Source: a virus (taxonomy: Duplodnaviria; Caudoviricetes). Taken from it: a stretch of DNA of 36,019 nt. The stretch is from positions 1 through 36,019 of the IMG/VR virus record IMGVR_UViG_3300039916_000027; one strand, given 5' to 3'. The notes under the pieces are model-generated. The model was given only the letters and a program-made list of their open reading frames with translations. It was not told where the DNA came from and ran no database searches. Both the position numbers and the translations under genes were made by a program. Every line of letters begins with the position of its first letter. Positions within the stretch are counted from its first letter, which is position 1. Shown piece after piece: positions 7,556 through 16,998 of this stretch.

Positions 7556-7984
7556 ATGGTCGAGATCGTCGAAATTGCCGGAGGCGACGGCGTTCCGCCC
7601 GAGCCCAACTGGCGGAGCATCTTTGGTCGCGTCGCTGATCGCGACGCAGCTGGGAGCTACTGGCGCGACGTCATCAGCGAACTCCGTTCGGCGGACAAGC
7701 TGGCGGTCGCCAATGCTCATTCGATCAAGCGGCTCGTGGTCGCCTACGTCACCTACGACATCAGCGCACGCGAGGTGCTGAAGTCGGGACCGGTGATCAA
7801 GGCGAAGAAGACTGGGGTCCCGATGTACAACCCATGGTTCGCCGCAATGTCCGGCGCGGATAGTCAGGCGGCGACCTTGGAGAAGGCCCTCTGCATCACC
7901 CCGCGCGAGCGCGGCACCGGCGCAAAGGTGGAACGGAAAGTGACCCGCAGCACCGGCGGCGGGTACCTGAAAAACCGTGGCTAA
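7556..7984 (+). CDS. Terminase small subunit (P27 family)
   Basis: YW..V..EL...NPWF...LCITPRER pattern; upstream of and overlapping terL. Confidence 0.88.
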   Translation: MVEIVEIAGGDGVPPEPNWRSIFGRVADRDAAGSYWRDVISELRSADKLAVANAHSIKRLVVAYVTYDISAREVLKSGPVIKAKKTGVPMYNPWFAAMSGADSQAATLEKALCITPRERGTGAKVERKVTRSTGGGYLKNRG

Positions 7985-9791
7985 CCGATTCCTCGCCGAA
8001 GAGGATCCAACCACTGCCTGGGCAAAGGCCGCAGTCGACGGCAAGCTCTTCACCTGCGGCGAACTCGTCCGACACGCCGCTGAACGCCACCTGCGCGATA
8101 TCCGCGATGGTGAGCGGCGCGGCATCTACTGGCGCCCCGACGCTGCCGCGCACTTCCTCAATTTCCTGCCGTCGGTGTTCAAAGTCACAGACGGTCCGGC
8201 CGAGGGCGAGCCGTTCTACCCGCTCGAATATCATACGTTCTGCGGCGGCAGCCTGTTCGGCTGGCGGACCGCGACCAACCGGTGGCGGTATCGCACGGGA
8301 TGGCTTGAGACCGGCAAGGGACAAGCAAAATCGCCGCTTATGGGCGCGATCGGCGTCTACATCATGGGCTGGTGCGATATCCCACGCGCGCAATGCTATG
8401 CGATCGGCGAAGACAAGGCGACGGCGAACGTCCTGTTCCGAGACGCCGTCGCGATGTGCCGCGCGGATATTCCCGGCGGCGACGATGGGGAGAGTCTTGA
8501 GGGCCTTGGCGAGGTCATCATCCGCGGCGAACTGGAAAACGCCTGGAAGATCGAGCACCCCGACAGCGGCTCGTTCTTCATGCCGATTGCCAGCGGCGAA
8601 TCGCAATCAGGGCCGCGCCCCTCGCTCGTTGCGGCGGATGAGATCCACGAACTGAAGTCGGAAGCATCGCTGCTGACCTGGAAGGCGGCAATCGACAAGG
8701 TCGCGGGCAACGCTCTGATGCTGCTGGGGACAAACACGCCGGCGCGCTCGTCGCAGCATGTCGGCACGTCGTACTCCGACACCTATCAATCAATCGTGAA
8801 AGGTGAGGCCAAGGACGACACCGCGTTCGCGTTCATTGCCCGGATCGATAAGGCCGATCGCGAAACGATCTTCGAGAACGAGCGCGCCTGGCAGAAGTCG
8901 TTGCCTGCGCTTGGCGAGACGTTCCCGATCGAGAATATCCGCGAGACTGTCAATTCGGCCAAACTGCGGCCGTCGACAAAATCGAGCGTCAAACGCCTCT
9001 ATTTCGGTATCGACAGCGCAGCGGCAGACTTCTGGATCAGCGAGGACAAATGGTCAGCGGTCCAGGGAGTGGTCGACGCCCGTGCGATGCGAGGTCGCAA
9101 ATCGTGGTTGTCGCTCGATCTGTCGCAGAAGAACGATCTTACGGCTTTGTCGCAGGCATGGGAGCTCCCCGAGGATCTCGTCGCGGTCAAGACGTGGTAT
9201 TGGACGACCAAGGGGGGGCTCGAGGAGCGCGCTGACGCCGACAAAGCTCCGTACCTTGACTGGGTCGAGGACAAGTACCTGACTGCCACCCCCGGCGCGA
9301 CGATCGACTATACCTTCGTTGCCGCACAGGTTCAGCAGCAACAGGCCGAGCATGAAATCGAAGCCCTGGTCGTTGACCCTGCCTTTCTCACGTCGTTCAC
9401 CGACGCCTGCGATCAGGTCGGACTTGTCTGGTGGCTGTGGGACGGCCCGGGCAAGCCCGAGGGCCGCGGGCTCAAGATCGTCAAGCACGCTCAGGGGCAA
9501 CGGATCATGTTCGAGGACCGGCAGCTGTGTATGCCGCACTCGATCACCCGCACCGAGGATCTCATCCTCAACAACAAGCTGCTGATCGACGATTCGCCCG
9601 TGACCTACAGCTGCGCGGCGAATGCAGTGCTTGAGCCGGACGGCCTGGGCAATCGGATGTTCAACAAGAAGAAATCCCGGGGGCGGATCGACGGCATGGT
9701 GACGATCGCCATGGTCGTCGGTGCCGCGACCGCCGCTGCGAAGCCCAAGAAGAAATCGGTCTACGCCTCGCGCGGCGTCATCCGGGTTTGA
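7977..9791 (+). CDS. Terminase large subunit
   Basis: Walker A GKGQAKS, Walker B VAADEIHE, nuclease LDLSQKNDLTA, C-terminal KSRGRIDGMV. Confidence 0.96.
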   Translation: MANRFLAEEDPTTAWAKAAVDGKLFTCGELVRHAAERHLRDIRDGERRGIYWRPDAAAHFLNFLPSVFKVTDGPAEGEPFYPLEYHTFCGGSLFGWRTATNRWRYRTGWLETGKGQAKSPLMGAIGVYIMGWCDIPRAQCYAIGEDKATANVLFRDAVAMCRADIPGGDDGESLEGLGEVIIRGELENAWKIEHPDSGSFFMPIASGESQSGPRPSLVAADEIHELKSEASLLTWKAAIDKVAGNALMLLGTNTPARSSQHVGTSYSDTYQSIVKGEAKDDTAFAFIARIDKADRETIFENERAWQKSLPALGETFPIENIRETVNSAKLRPSTKSSVKRLYFGIDSAAADFWISEDKWSAVQGVVDARAMRGRKSWLSLDLSQKNDLTALSQAWELPEDLVAVKTWYWTTKGGLEERADADKAPYLDWVEDKYLTATPGATIDYTFVAAQVQQQQAEHEIEALVVDPAFLTSFTDACDQVGLVWWLWDGPGKPEGRGLKIVKHAQGQRIMFEDRQLCMPHSITRTEDLILNNKLLIDDSPVTYSCAANAVLEPDGLGNRMFNKKKSRGRIDGMVTIAMVVGAATAAAKPKKKSVYASRGVIRV

Positions 9792-9802
9792 AAGGAGAAT
9801 GG

Positions 9803-11104
9803 ATGGCTTCTCCTGACGATTATCGCAGCCGGGCCGGCGGGCGCAGGTCCCTATCGCCTTCCCGCGCGATCGCGGCGGCAAGAGCCGCCGAAGGCAACCG
9901 TCCCGGCGGTCCGATCATGGCCTACGACGCCTACGATCTTTCCGACCCAACCCTCCACGACATGATGCGCGGAGATGGTGGACGGACAGGTGTGGCCGGG
10001 ATCGCCGTCAACGAACGCGCCGCGCTGCGCAACAGTACGTTCTTCCGGGCCATGTCCTTGATCTCCGGATCCATGGGTATGCTTCCCTTGCACCTCATGC
10101 GCCGTACCGCCGACGGGACAATCGAGAAAGCGCGCGACCATCCCTTGTTCAAGGTGCTCCATCGCAAGCCCAACGACTTCCAGTCTGCGACCCAGTTCAA
10201 GAGCTACATGCAGCTATGCGCGCTGCTCGATGGTAATGCTTACGCGTTGATCATTCGATCGCGCGGTGCCGTCCGTCAGATCGTTCCCCTCCCCCGACGA
10301 TCGGTCAAGCCGCAGCTGTCAGCGACGTTCGAACTCACCTTCCGGTACCAGCCCAAGTCGGGCGGTGCCGTGACGCTCAAGAGGGAAGACGTTTTCCACT
10401 TCCGCGGCCCCATCTCGTTGGATGGGCTCAACGGTGTTTCCCTGCTGGACGTCGCGGCCGACACGTTGGGCCTGTCTCAGCGGGCGCTCCAGGCGGCCGG
10501 CCGGTTGCTCGACAAGGGGACGATGGCGCGTGGAGCGTTGGAAACATCAGAGACGCTCGGCGACGAAGCGATCGGCCATCTGCGCGATAGCCTCCGCGAG
10601 AACTTCTCAGGCGCGGACGCCGATGAAGATTGGCTGATCCTCGAGGAGGGCCTGACGGCCAAGGTGTTGTCGGGCACAGCAAAAGACAACGAGTTGGTCG
10701 CGCTGCGCCGGCAGGAAGCGGAGGAAGTTTCCCGATTCACCGGCACCCCTCGCCCGCTGCTGATGTTCGATGAGACCAGCTGGGGAAGTGGCATCGAGCA
10801 GCTCGGGTTGTTCTTCGTGACCTACTGTCTCCTCCAGTGGTTCGTGATTTGGGAGGAGGCTGTCTGGTTCTGCCTGCTGACCCCGGATGAGCAGGACTCG
10901 ATGTACGCCAAGTACAACGACGGGGCGCTTCTGCGCGGCTCGCTCAAGGATCAGGCCGAGTTCTTCAAGGCGGCCCTCGGGCCGAACGCCGCTTTCCTGA
11001 CGCCGAATGAGGCTCGCGACAACTTCGACCGCAACCCGATCAAGGGGGGCGACGATCTCCCGCGCAACGGCACCACTGCCGCCGCGACTGTAGCAGACGC
11101 TTAG
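9803..11104 (+). CDS. Portal protein, HK97 family
   Basis: HPLFKVLHRKPN, LLDGNAYA, SWGSGIEQ, LTPNEAR; RBS AAGGAG before ATG 9803. Confidence 0.96.
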   Translation: MASPDDYRSRAGGRRSLSPSRAIAAARAAEGNRPGGPIMAYDAYDLSDPTLHDMMRGDGGRTGVAGIAVNERAALRNSTFFRAMSLISGSMGMLPLHLMRRTADGTIEKARDHPLFKVLHRKPNDFQSATQFKSYMQLCALLDGNAYALIIRSRGAVRQIVPLPRRSVKPQLSATFELTFRYQPKSGGAVTLKREDVFHFRGPISLDGLNGVSLLDVAADTLGLSQRALQAAGRLLDKGTMARGALETSETLGDEAIGHLRDSLRENFSGADADEDWLILEEGLTAKVLSGTAKDNELVALRRQEAEEVSRFTGTPRPLLMFDETSWGSGIEQLGLFFVTYCLLQWFVIWEEAVWFCLLTPDEQDSMYAKYNDGALLRGSLKDQAEFFKAALGPNAAFLTPNEARDNFDRNPIKGGDDLPRNGTTAAATVADA

Positions 11105-11112
11105 GAGCAACT

Positions 11113-12099
11113 ATGACCGACGAGTCCAAGGCGGCGGGCAAACCGCGCGCGGTAAAGACCCTCAACGGCCGTCCCCTGCCGGGCAAGCCGGCCTTGGCGA
11201 CCCCCGATACGCAGATGCCGCGGGCGATCTCCAATGTGAATGGCAAGGATCGACCCGGTGCCCTCCCCATGCCTGCTGATCGCTCCGTGTCGGCGCTCGC
11301 GCGACCCAACATCTTGGAGAAGTGGTCAGCCGACGCCGCGGGCATCCGCGCTGTCGAAAGCGGCGACAACGTCATCACGATGTTCGGCGCGATCGGCGAA
11401 GACTATTGGTCGGGCGGCGGCATTACAGCAAAAACGGTGACGGCTCAGCTGCGCGCGATTGGCGACCGCCCCATCGAGGTCCAGATCAACTCGCCCGGTG
11501 GCGACATGTTCGAAGGAATCGCGATCTACAACGTCCTGCGTGAGCACGCGCAGCCGGTGACGATCAAGATCATGGGAATGGCCGCATCGGCGGCGTCGGT
11601 CATTGCGATGGCAGGCGACACGGTCGAAATCGGGGCGGCGTCGTTCCTCATGATCCACAATTGCTGGGTTGTTGCCGTCGGGAACCGGCATGACATGGCT
11701 GAGACGGCCACGTACCTCGAGCCGTTCGATCAGGCGATGGCCGACGTATACGCCCAACGCAGCGGCCGGACCGCTGCGGAATGCGCAAAGTGGATGGACG
11801 ACGAGACGTACATGTCCGGGTCTGTCGCCATCGAGCGCGGCTTTGCTGACACCCTGCTCACCGCCGACCAGACGACGCGGGACGAGCAGGCCAAGGCCTC
11901 CGACCGGGAGCGCACCGCGATCACCGCGTTGGAGTTGAAGCTTGTCGCCGGCGGCGACACCCGCACTCAGGCGCGCGACCACATCACCAAGATCAAGGGC
12001 ACGCCCGGCGCTGCCCCTGTAGCCGACACGCCAGGCGCTGGCGGCGAGACCGAGTTGACCGGCCTACTGGCGGGTCTGCTCTCCACCCTTAAGAGCTAG
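11113..12099 (+). CDS. ClpP-like (S14/S49) head maturation protease
   Basis: INSPGGDMFEGIAIYN, GMAASAASVIAMAGD, FLMIHN, ETYM..GFAD; RBS AGGAG. Confidence 0.95.
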   Translation: MTDESKAAGKPRAVKTLNGRPLPGKPALATPDTQMPRAISNVNGKDRPGALPMPADRSVSALARPNILEKWSADAAGIRAVESGDNVITMFGAIGEDYWSGGGITAKTVTAQLRAIGDRPIEVQINSPGGDMFEGIAIYNVLREHAQPVTIKIMGMAASAASVIAMAGDTVEIGAASFLMIHNCWVVAVGNRHDMAETATYLEPFDQAMADVYAQRSGRTAAECAKWMDDETYMSGSVAIERGFADTLLTADQTTRDEQAKASDRERTAITALELKLVAGGDTRTQARDHITKIKGTPGAAPVADTPGAGGETELTGLLAGLLSTLKS

Positions 12100-12109
12100 G
12101 AGCTCCCCC

Positions 12110-13477
12110 ATGAAGAAAATGAACATGGCCGCCCTTGTGGCGGTGGCGAAGGTGCTCGCCCATCCGTTTCGCGCGCTTGCGGCGGTAGCGAGCAAGTCAG
12201 CCCCCGAACTGACCCTCTCGCCCCCCACCCTGCCTGCGATGCCTCGCGCCATCGCCGGCACCGTCCGTGCGGACGCCGCGGATCCCGCGACGCTCATCCG
12301 GGCGCTGAACGGGGCGTTCGACGAGTTCAAGACGACCCATGCCCGCGAGATCGAGGAGATCAAGGCGGGCAAGACGGACGTCCTGACCAAGGACAAGCTC
12401 GACGCGATCAACGCAACCCTGACCGAACTGCAGACTGCGGTTGACGATCAGGCGCGAATCAACGCGGCTGCGAAGCTGGGCGACGGTGCCGTCATCGGTG
12501 ACATCAAGTCCGACCCGGAATACACCAAGGCGTTCAAGGCGCATATGCGTCGGGGCGACAATGCCTCCGCCGAAGTCCGCGCAGCGATGCAGAAGGGCAC
12601 CGACACCGACGGTGGCTATCTGGCCCCGATCGAGTGGGATCGGACCATCGGCGAGAAGCTGAAGAAGATCAGCCCGATGCGTGCCGAGAGCCGGGTCATC
12701 ACGATCAGCGTGGCCGGGTTCAAGAAGTATTTCTCGGACCGCAACGTCGGGTCGGGCTGGGTCGGAGAGACCGCCAGCCGTCCGGCGACCACCACGCCGC
12801 AGATCGGTGTGCTCGATTTCGTGCCGGGCGAACTCTACGCCAATCCGGCAATCTCCCAGCAGCTGCTGGACGATGCCGCGATCGACCTCGAGGAATGGCT
12901 TGGCCAGGAAGTCGATACCGAGTTCTCGCGCCAGGAGGGCATCGGCTTCCTGTCGGGCGACGGCGCGAACAAGCCCTACGGCATCCTGACCTACGTCACC
13001 GGCGCAGCGAATGCCGCCCGCCACCCCTATGGTGCGATCAAGGCGGTCAACACCGGCGATGCGGCCAAGCTCACCGGCGACGGCTTCGTCGACCTGATGT
13101 ACGACCTGCCGAGCGAATTCGCAGGCAACGCGAAGCTCTTCATCAACCGGCAGAGCCTCGGTGCCGCGCGCAAGCTGAAGGACGGTCAGGGCAACTTCCT
13201 GTGGCAGCCGTCCTATGCCCTCGGTCAGCCCCAGACGCTGAACGGCGCGCCGATCGTGGAGATGCCCGACATGCCGACCGCGGCGGCCGGCAACGTTGCC
13301 GCGCTCTACGGCGATATGGAAGCGACCTACCTGGTTGTCGATCGCATCGGCATCCGCGTGCTGCGCGATCCGTATTCGAACAAGCCGTTCGTGCACTTCT
13401 ACACGACCAAGCGCGTGGGCGGCGGGGTGCATAACCCTGAGCCGATGCGCGCGCTCAAGATCGCCGTGAATGCATAA
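12110..13477 (+). CDS. Major capsid protein, HK97 fold
   Basis: N-terminal coiled coil, DGGYLAP, WVGE, ISQQLLDDA, GDGANKPYGIL, LKDGQGNFLWQP, RDPYSNKPFVHFYTTKRVGG. Confidence 0.97.
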   Translation: MKKMNMAALVAVAKVLAHPFRALAAVASKSAPELTLSPPTLPAMPRAIAGTVRADAADPATLIRALNGAFDEFKTTHAREIEEIKAGKTDVLTKDKLDAINATLTELQTAVDDQARINAAAKLGDGAVIGDIKSDPEYTKAFKAHMRRGDNASAEVRAAMQKGTDTDGGYLAPIEWDRTIGEKLKKISPMRAESRVITISVAGFKKYFSDRNVGSGWVGETASRPATTTPQIGVLDFVPGELYANPAISQQLLDDAAIDLEEWLGQEVDTEFSRQEGIGFLSGDGANKPYGILTYVTGAANAARHPYGAIKAVNTGDAAKLTGDGFVDLMYDLPSEFAGNAKLFINRQSLGAARKLKDGQGNFLWQPSYALGQPQTLNGAPIVEMPDMPTAAAGNVAALYGDMEATYLVVDRIGIRVLRDPYSNKPFVHFYTTKRVGGGVHNPEPMRALKIAVNA

Positions 13478-13484
13478 CCCTCCC

Positions 13485-13515
13485 CCGGGCCAGCTTCGTG
13501 CTGGCCCGGTTCTTC
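13485..13515 (+). terminator. Hairpin, possible weak terminator after the capsid gene
   Basis: 10-bp stem CCGGGCCAGC/GCTGGCCCGG with TTCGT loop, followed by TTCTTC. Confidence 0.5.
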
Positions 13516-13563
13516 GAAGCCGCGCGGCAGGGCCCGCGGTTTCGGCGAACCAGGAGAAGACCT

Positions 13564-13791
13564 ATGGACACCAACACCGTCAAGAAGCCGGACAACGGCA
13601 TCGCTCCGGCAACCGATATCGACACCGCCGGCGCACCGCAGCAGATCGTTCCCGACGTCGACATGAGCCACCCCGCCGTCGACGCCGATCCGCGGGCCAA
13701 CACCAGCGCCGAACAGAACCGCATCGACTTCAATGACCCGACGCTTTCGGGTGCGGAAGCGGTCGAGCAGAACCTCAACGCCAAGAAGTAA
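13564..13791 (+). CDS. Small acidic hypothetical protein (head-associated?)
   Basis: RBS AGGAGA before ATG 13564; 75 aa, phage-like codon usage. Confidence 0.75.
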   Translation: MDTNTVKKPDNGIAPATDIDTAGAPQQIVPDVDMSHPAVDADPRANTSAEQNRIDFNDPTLSGAEAVEQNLNAKK

Positions 13792-13798
13792 TGAGTCG

Positions 13799-13822
13799 GT
13801 GCCAGCCGTTCGCGGCTGGCAC
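13799..13822 (+). other. Stable hairpin with TTCG loop
   Basis: Perfect 10-bp stem GTGCCAGCCG/CGGCTGGCAC; no U-tract. Confidence 0.55.
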
Positions 13823-13848
13823 TCGCAATCCAGCATGGGAGGCGCACG

Positions 13849-14490
13849 ATGACGTTGCAAACCATCGCTTCCATGCGCGAATTCCTCTCGCTCGGGCCCG
13901 ACGTGTCGGACGCCAGCGTGCTTGAGCAGTACGGCGCATACATCGCCGGTGAGACCGTCACGCCAATCATTTCGCTGCGCGAAGCGAAAGCCCAACTGCA
14001 GCGCGAACAGGAAAATACGGAAGACGACGCGGAGATCGCCGACTTCATCGCCGACGCATCGGCTTGGGTCGAGGGGTATACCGGTCACCTCCTCACCGCC
14101 CGCGACGTCACCGAGCAGTTCCGCGGCATTGGTGCCGTCGAGATCCGCGCTTGGCCAATCGCTGCGGCAGCCGTGCCGGGTGTGGCCTATCAGGACGCAA
14201 GCGGGCAGCCCATCGCGATAACCGGTACCAGGTTGGACCTCAGCAGCCGTCCGGCGCGCGTCTTGCCGCCAAACGGACGGTTCTATCCGTTCACCGACAG
14301 CAAGCAGCTTTTTACAGTCACCGTCCGCGCCGGATATGAAACGCCGAACGACGTGCCGCGCGAAATGCGCCGCGCCATGCTGGTGCTGATCTCCGGATAC
14401 GACAACGACCGCGAGGGCGGTGATGTCTTTGCCAAGGCGGAGGCCAGCGCGCGCAGGATCTGCGGTCGTCTTCGGTTGCGCCGGCTGTGA
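13849..14490 (+). CDS. Head-tail connector (gp6-like)
   Basis: ISLREAKAQL...FIADASAWVEGYTG...VRAGY...VP.EMRRAMLVLI..YDNDRE. Confidence 0.88.
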   Translation: MTLQTIASMREFLSLGPDVSDASVLEQYGAYIAGETVTPIISLREAKAQLQREQENTEDDAEIADFIADASAWVEGYTGHLLTARDVTEQFRGIGAVEIRAWPIAAAAVPGVAYQDASGQPIAITGTRLDLSSRPARVLPPNGRFYPFTDSKQLFTVTVRAGYETPNDVPREMRRAMLVLISGYDNDREGGDVFAKAEASARRICGRLRLRRL

Positions 14491-14840
14491 CGGTCGGTGA
14501 CGGCCTATCCAGCCGACTGCGCGAGCGTGTGACGATCCAGCAGTCGAATGCCATCGATAACGGCCGCGGTGGTCGCAAAGTGCCAGAGGGACAGCCCGCC
14601 TGGCGCGATGTTGCGACCAAGGTTCCTGCGGAGATCGTTGCTCTGCGCGGCGGCGAGGCGCTCAGCATCGCGGTACAGCGCGCGACCCAGTTCTATCGCG
14701 TCACCATCCGGAAGCGCCCCGGCGTCACCACTGCGCATCGCCTGGTGTGGAACGGCATTGCGCTCGATATTCGAACCGCGCCGCCATCGACCGACCGAAC
14801 GACGTTGGTATTGACGTGCGAGAGCGGAGCGCTCGGGTGA
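14487..14840 (+). CDS. Head closure / head-tail adaptor protein
   Basis: LRERVTIQ...DNGRGG...YRVTIR...HRLVW...LTCE. Confidence 0.88.
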   Translation: MTVGDGLSSRLRERVTIQQSNAIDNGRGGRKVPEGQPAWRDVATKVPAEIVALRGGEALSIAVQRATQFYRVTIRKRPGVTTAHRLVWNGIALDIRTAPPSTDRTTLVLTCESGALG

Positions 14841-15382
14841 TGGCGCGTTCGCAGATCCGCGGCATCGGTAAATTCCGCCGCTTGCTCCGGCGTATGCCGG
14901 AGGCGGTGCGCGGCGAGCTGGTGGTCGAACTCAGTGTTACTGGTCGGCAAATCGCACAAGCGATGCAGGTCAAAACGCCGCGTAAGACCGGAGCGGTACG
15001 CGAGGGCATCACCAGCAAGGTTTTGCCCAAGTCGCTGCGGTTGCAGGTCGGGCTGCTAGGCACCCGCGGTGGGCAGTCGAAGCTGTTCTATGGCCGCATT
15101 CAGGATCTCGGCCGCCGGGCTCAGACCGTGCTGGTGCAACGTCGGCGCCGGGTGGCTCACACCTTTCGAGATGGCCGCACCGTCAACATGCTGCGGACCG
15201 GATCAGGCGGACGGAAACGGACCGAGGACATCGTCGCGACCTACAAGATGCGCGTGCGGGGGATGGCGCCGAAGCGATTCATCACCGGACGGATGCCCGA
15301 GCTCCGGCGCACCTTGAACGACAATCTGCGCGGTATCTTCGCCCGATCGCTTGGGCGCATCGCAGGAGGCTCCGATGAGTAA
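14840..15382 (+). CDS. HK97 gp10-like tail completion protein
   Basis: TPRKTGAVR..I, FYGRIQDLG, MAPKRFI; TGATG coupling. Confidence 0.75.
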   Translation: MARSQIRGIGKFRRLLRRMPEAVRGELVVELSVTGRQIAQAMQVKTPRKTGAVREGITSKVLPKSLRLQVGLLGTRGGQSKLFYGRIQDLGRRAQTVLVQRRRRVAHTFRDGRTVNMLRTGSGGRKRTEDIVATYKMRVRGMAPKRFITGRMPELRRTLNDNLRGIFARSLGRIAGGSDE

Positions 15383-15764
15383 AGCGAAGGCAATGGTCGA
15401 AGCGGCGGTATTCGTGGCGCTGAACGAAGGCGTCACCGGAGCGAGGGTCTATCAGGATGCCCCGGAGAACGCGCCGACCCCGCTGGTGATCATCGGCGAC
15501 CTCAAGAGCAGCAGACTGCCGACGAAGGACGCCGATGACGATCGGCGGGTGACGATCTCCATCGTGACGATCGTCGAGGCGGAAGAACGCGCCCCGTTGC
15601 TCGCCCTGCAGGAGCAGATCGAGGCAGCACTCGACGGACAGAACCTTCAGCAGGACGGCTGGCTCCTCGCGTTCGAGTTCGAGGACGATGACGCCGTGCT
15701 GAGCGAGGACGGCGCGACCTACAGCGGGATCACCAGTTTCACCGTGCTCGCAATCGCGCCGTAG
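15375..15764 (+). CDS. Tail terminator (DUF3168-like)
   Basis: ARVYQDAPENAPTPLVIIGD...QIEAALDG...YSGITSF; position before the tail tube. Confidence 0.8.
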   Translation: MSKAKAMVEAAVFVALNEGVTGARVYQDAPENAPTPLVIIGDLKSSRLPTKDADDDRRVTISIVTIVEAEERAPLLALQEQIEAALDGQNLQQDGWLLAFEFEDDDAVLSEDGATYSGITSFTVLAIAP

Positions 15765-15828
15765 CACGCCCCTTCCCCCGTAACCTACCCGCCGCGCCTC
15801 GCCCGCGCGCATTCACAGGAGAACCACC

Positions 15829-16254
15829 ATGGCGAAGAAACTCGGCAGTGATTACCGCTTGTTCGTCCAGTCGACGACGGCCGGCACGTTCAACCAGCCC
15901 GCCGGTCAGGGCAATCTCAGCATCGATCGCGGCAAGGCGTTCTCTTCGAACGCGACCAAGGATCAGGAGGGTGTCGACACCCAGGCGCCGGGCCTGCGCA
16001 CCCTGACGATCAAGCAGGATCTGACGCCCGATCTCCCGGACGCCAACGGCTACACCCGGATCGAGACGCTCGACAAGTCGAACGCGGCCGAAGTCTACCA
16101 GATCCGGAAGAAGCCGTTTGCGACCGGCGACATCGTGTTCGAATGCTCGATGTACACCTCGATCGACAGCTCCGGCTTCGACCAGGGCGCCAGCGTCAAG
16201 TCGCCGCTGACGCTGCAGCCGGCCGCGCAGCCGACGATCGACACGCTCCAGTAA
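15829..16254 (+). CDS. Major tail tube protein
   Basis: 141-aa beta-rich protein with strong RBS AGGAGA and highly biased codons, at the canonical position. Confidence 0.75.
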   Translation: MAKKLGSDYRLFVQSTTAGTFNQPAGQGNLSIDRGKAFSSNATKDQEGVDTQAPGLRTLTIKQDLTPDLPDANGYTRIETLDKSNAAEVYQIRKKPFATGDIVFECSMYTSIDSSGFDQGASVKSPLTLQPAAQPTIDTLQ

Positions 16255-16291
16255 GCGCGCGCCCTCCCTCCCCTCCCCGAAGGATTCCCGA

Positions 16292-16570
16292 ATGATCAAG
16301 ATCAACGGCACCTCCCTCCCGACCAGCAAGCCGCAGGACCTGGACGAACTGCTGGTCGCCTCGACCGGTCACGGCGTGCATGAGGTTCATGCGTTGCTGA
16401 GCGGGGGGCCTGGGCTTGCGGCCCGTGCCCTCGCCCCGTTCCTCGGCAAGGACGCCCCGGCGCTGAATGAACTCGCCAGCGACATCGCAGCAGACCCGGA
16501 CGCCATCGGCGCGATCGCCAAGCTGTATGCGCTGCCGACGGACGTGGTCGCAGAGGTCACCGCGCAGTGA
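16292..16570 (+). CDS. Hypothetical protein between tail tube and chaperone
   Basis: 92-aa ORF with RBS GAAGGA and GTGA overlap with the next gene. Confidence 0.7.
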   Translation: MIKINGTSLPTSKPQDLDELLVASTGHGVHEVHALLSGGPGLAARALAPFLGKDAPALNELASDIAADPDAIGAIAKLYALPTDVVAEVTAQ

Positions 16571-16998
16571 GCGACCTCGACACCACCGCCTTCGCAAACG
16601 AGGACCGGGGCGAGCTTTCCCTGATCCTCGACGGCGCATCCATGGTCCTGCGCCCGACCTTCGAAGCCCTGACCGAAATCGAGCAGACGCTTGACCGCGG
16701 TTTGGTCGACCTCGCGCGGGACGCCTTGGCGGCGAAGCTCAAGCTCGGCGAGACGGCGCAGATCGTCACCGCCTGCGTGCGCGCGTGGGGCAAGGAAACC
16801 GACAACAAGGGCGCGGCCGGGGCCAATGCCTCGCGCGTCGCCCGCTTGATCGTCGACAGCGACGGCGGCCTGCACAACGCTCTGAAGACGGTCGGGGCGC
16901 TGCTCTCGCTCGCGGTGACCGGCGGGTACAACTCCGCGGGGGAACTGAAGCCGTCGACGATGAAGACGACGCCGGAGAAAGCCCCCGTCGACGGCTGA
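16567..16998 (+). CDS. Tail assembly chaperone (GTA gp10-like)
   Basis: RGELSLILDG..VLRPTFEALTEIEQTL...L..LA pattern; two genes before the tape measure. Confidence 0.82.
   Translation: MSDLDTTAFANEDRGELSLILDGASMVLRPTFEALTEIEQTLDRGLVDLARDALAAKLKLGETAQIVTACVRAWGKETDNKGAAGANASRVARLIVDSDGGLHNALKTVGALLSLAVTGGYNSAGELKPSTMKTTPEKAPVDG

Noticed and set aside
11326-13432. Long - strand ORFs opposite the protease and capsid (also 17865-18974, 19260-20528, 32874-34262)
   Set aside because: Same antisense-shadow artefact of high GC3 codon usage
13440-13570. Frameshift or readthrough extension of the capsid (and of the tail tube at 16254)
   Set aside because: No slippery sequence at the stops, and the downstream ORFs have their own RBS
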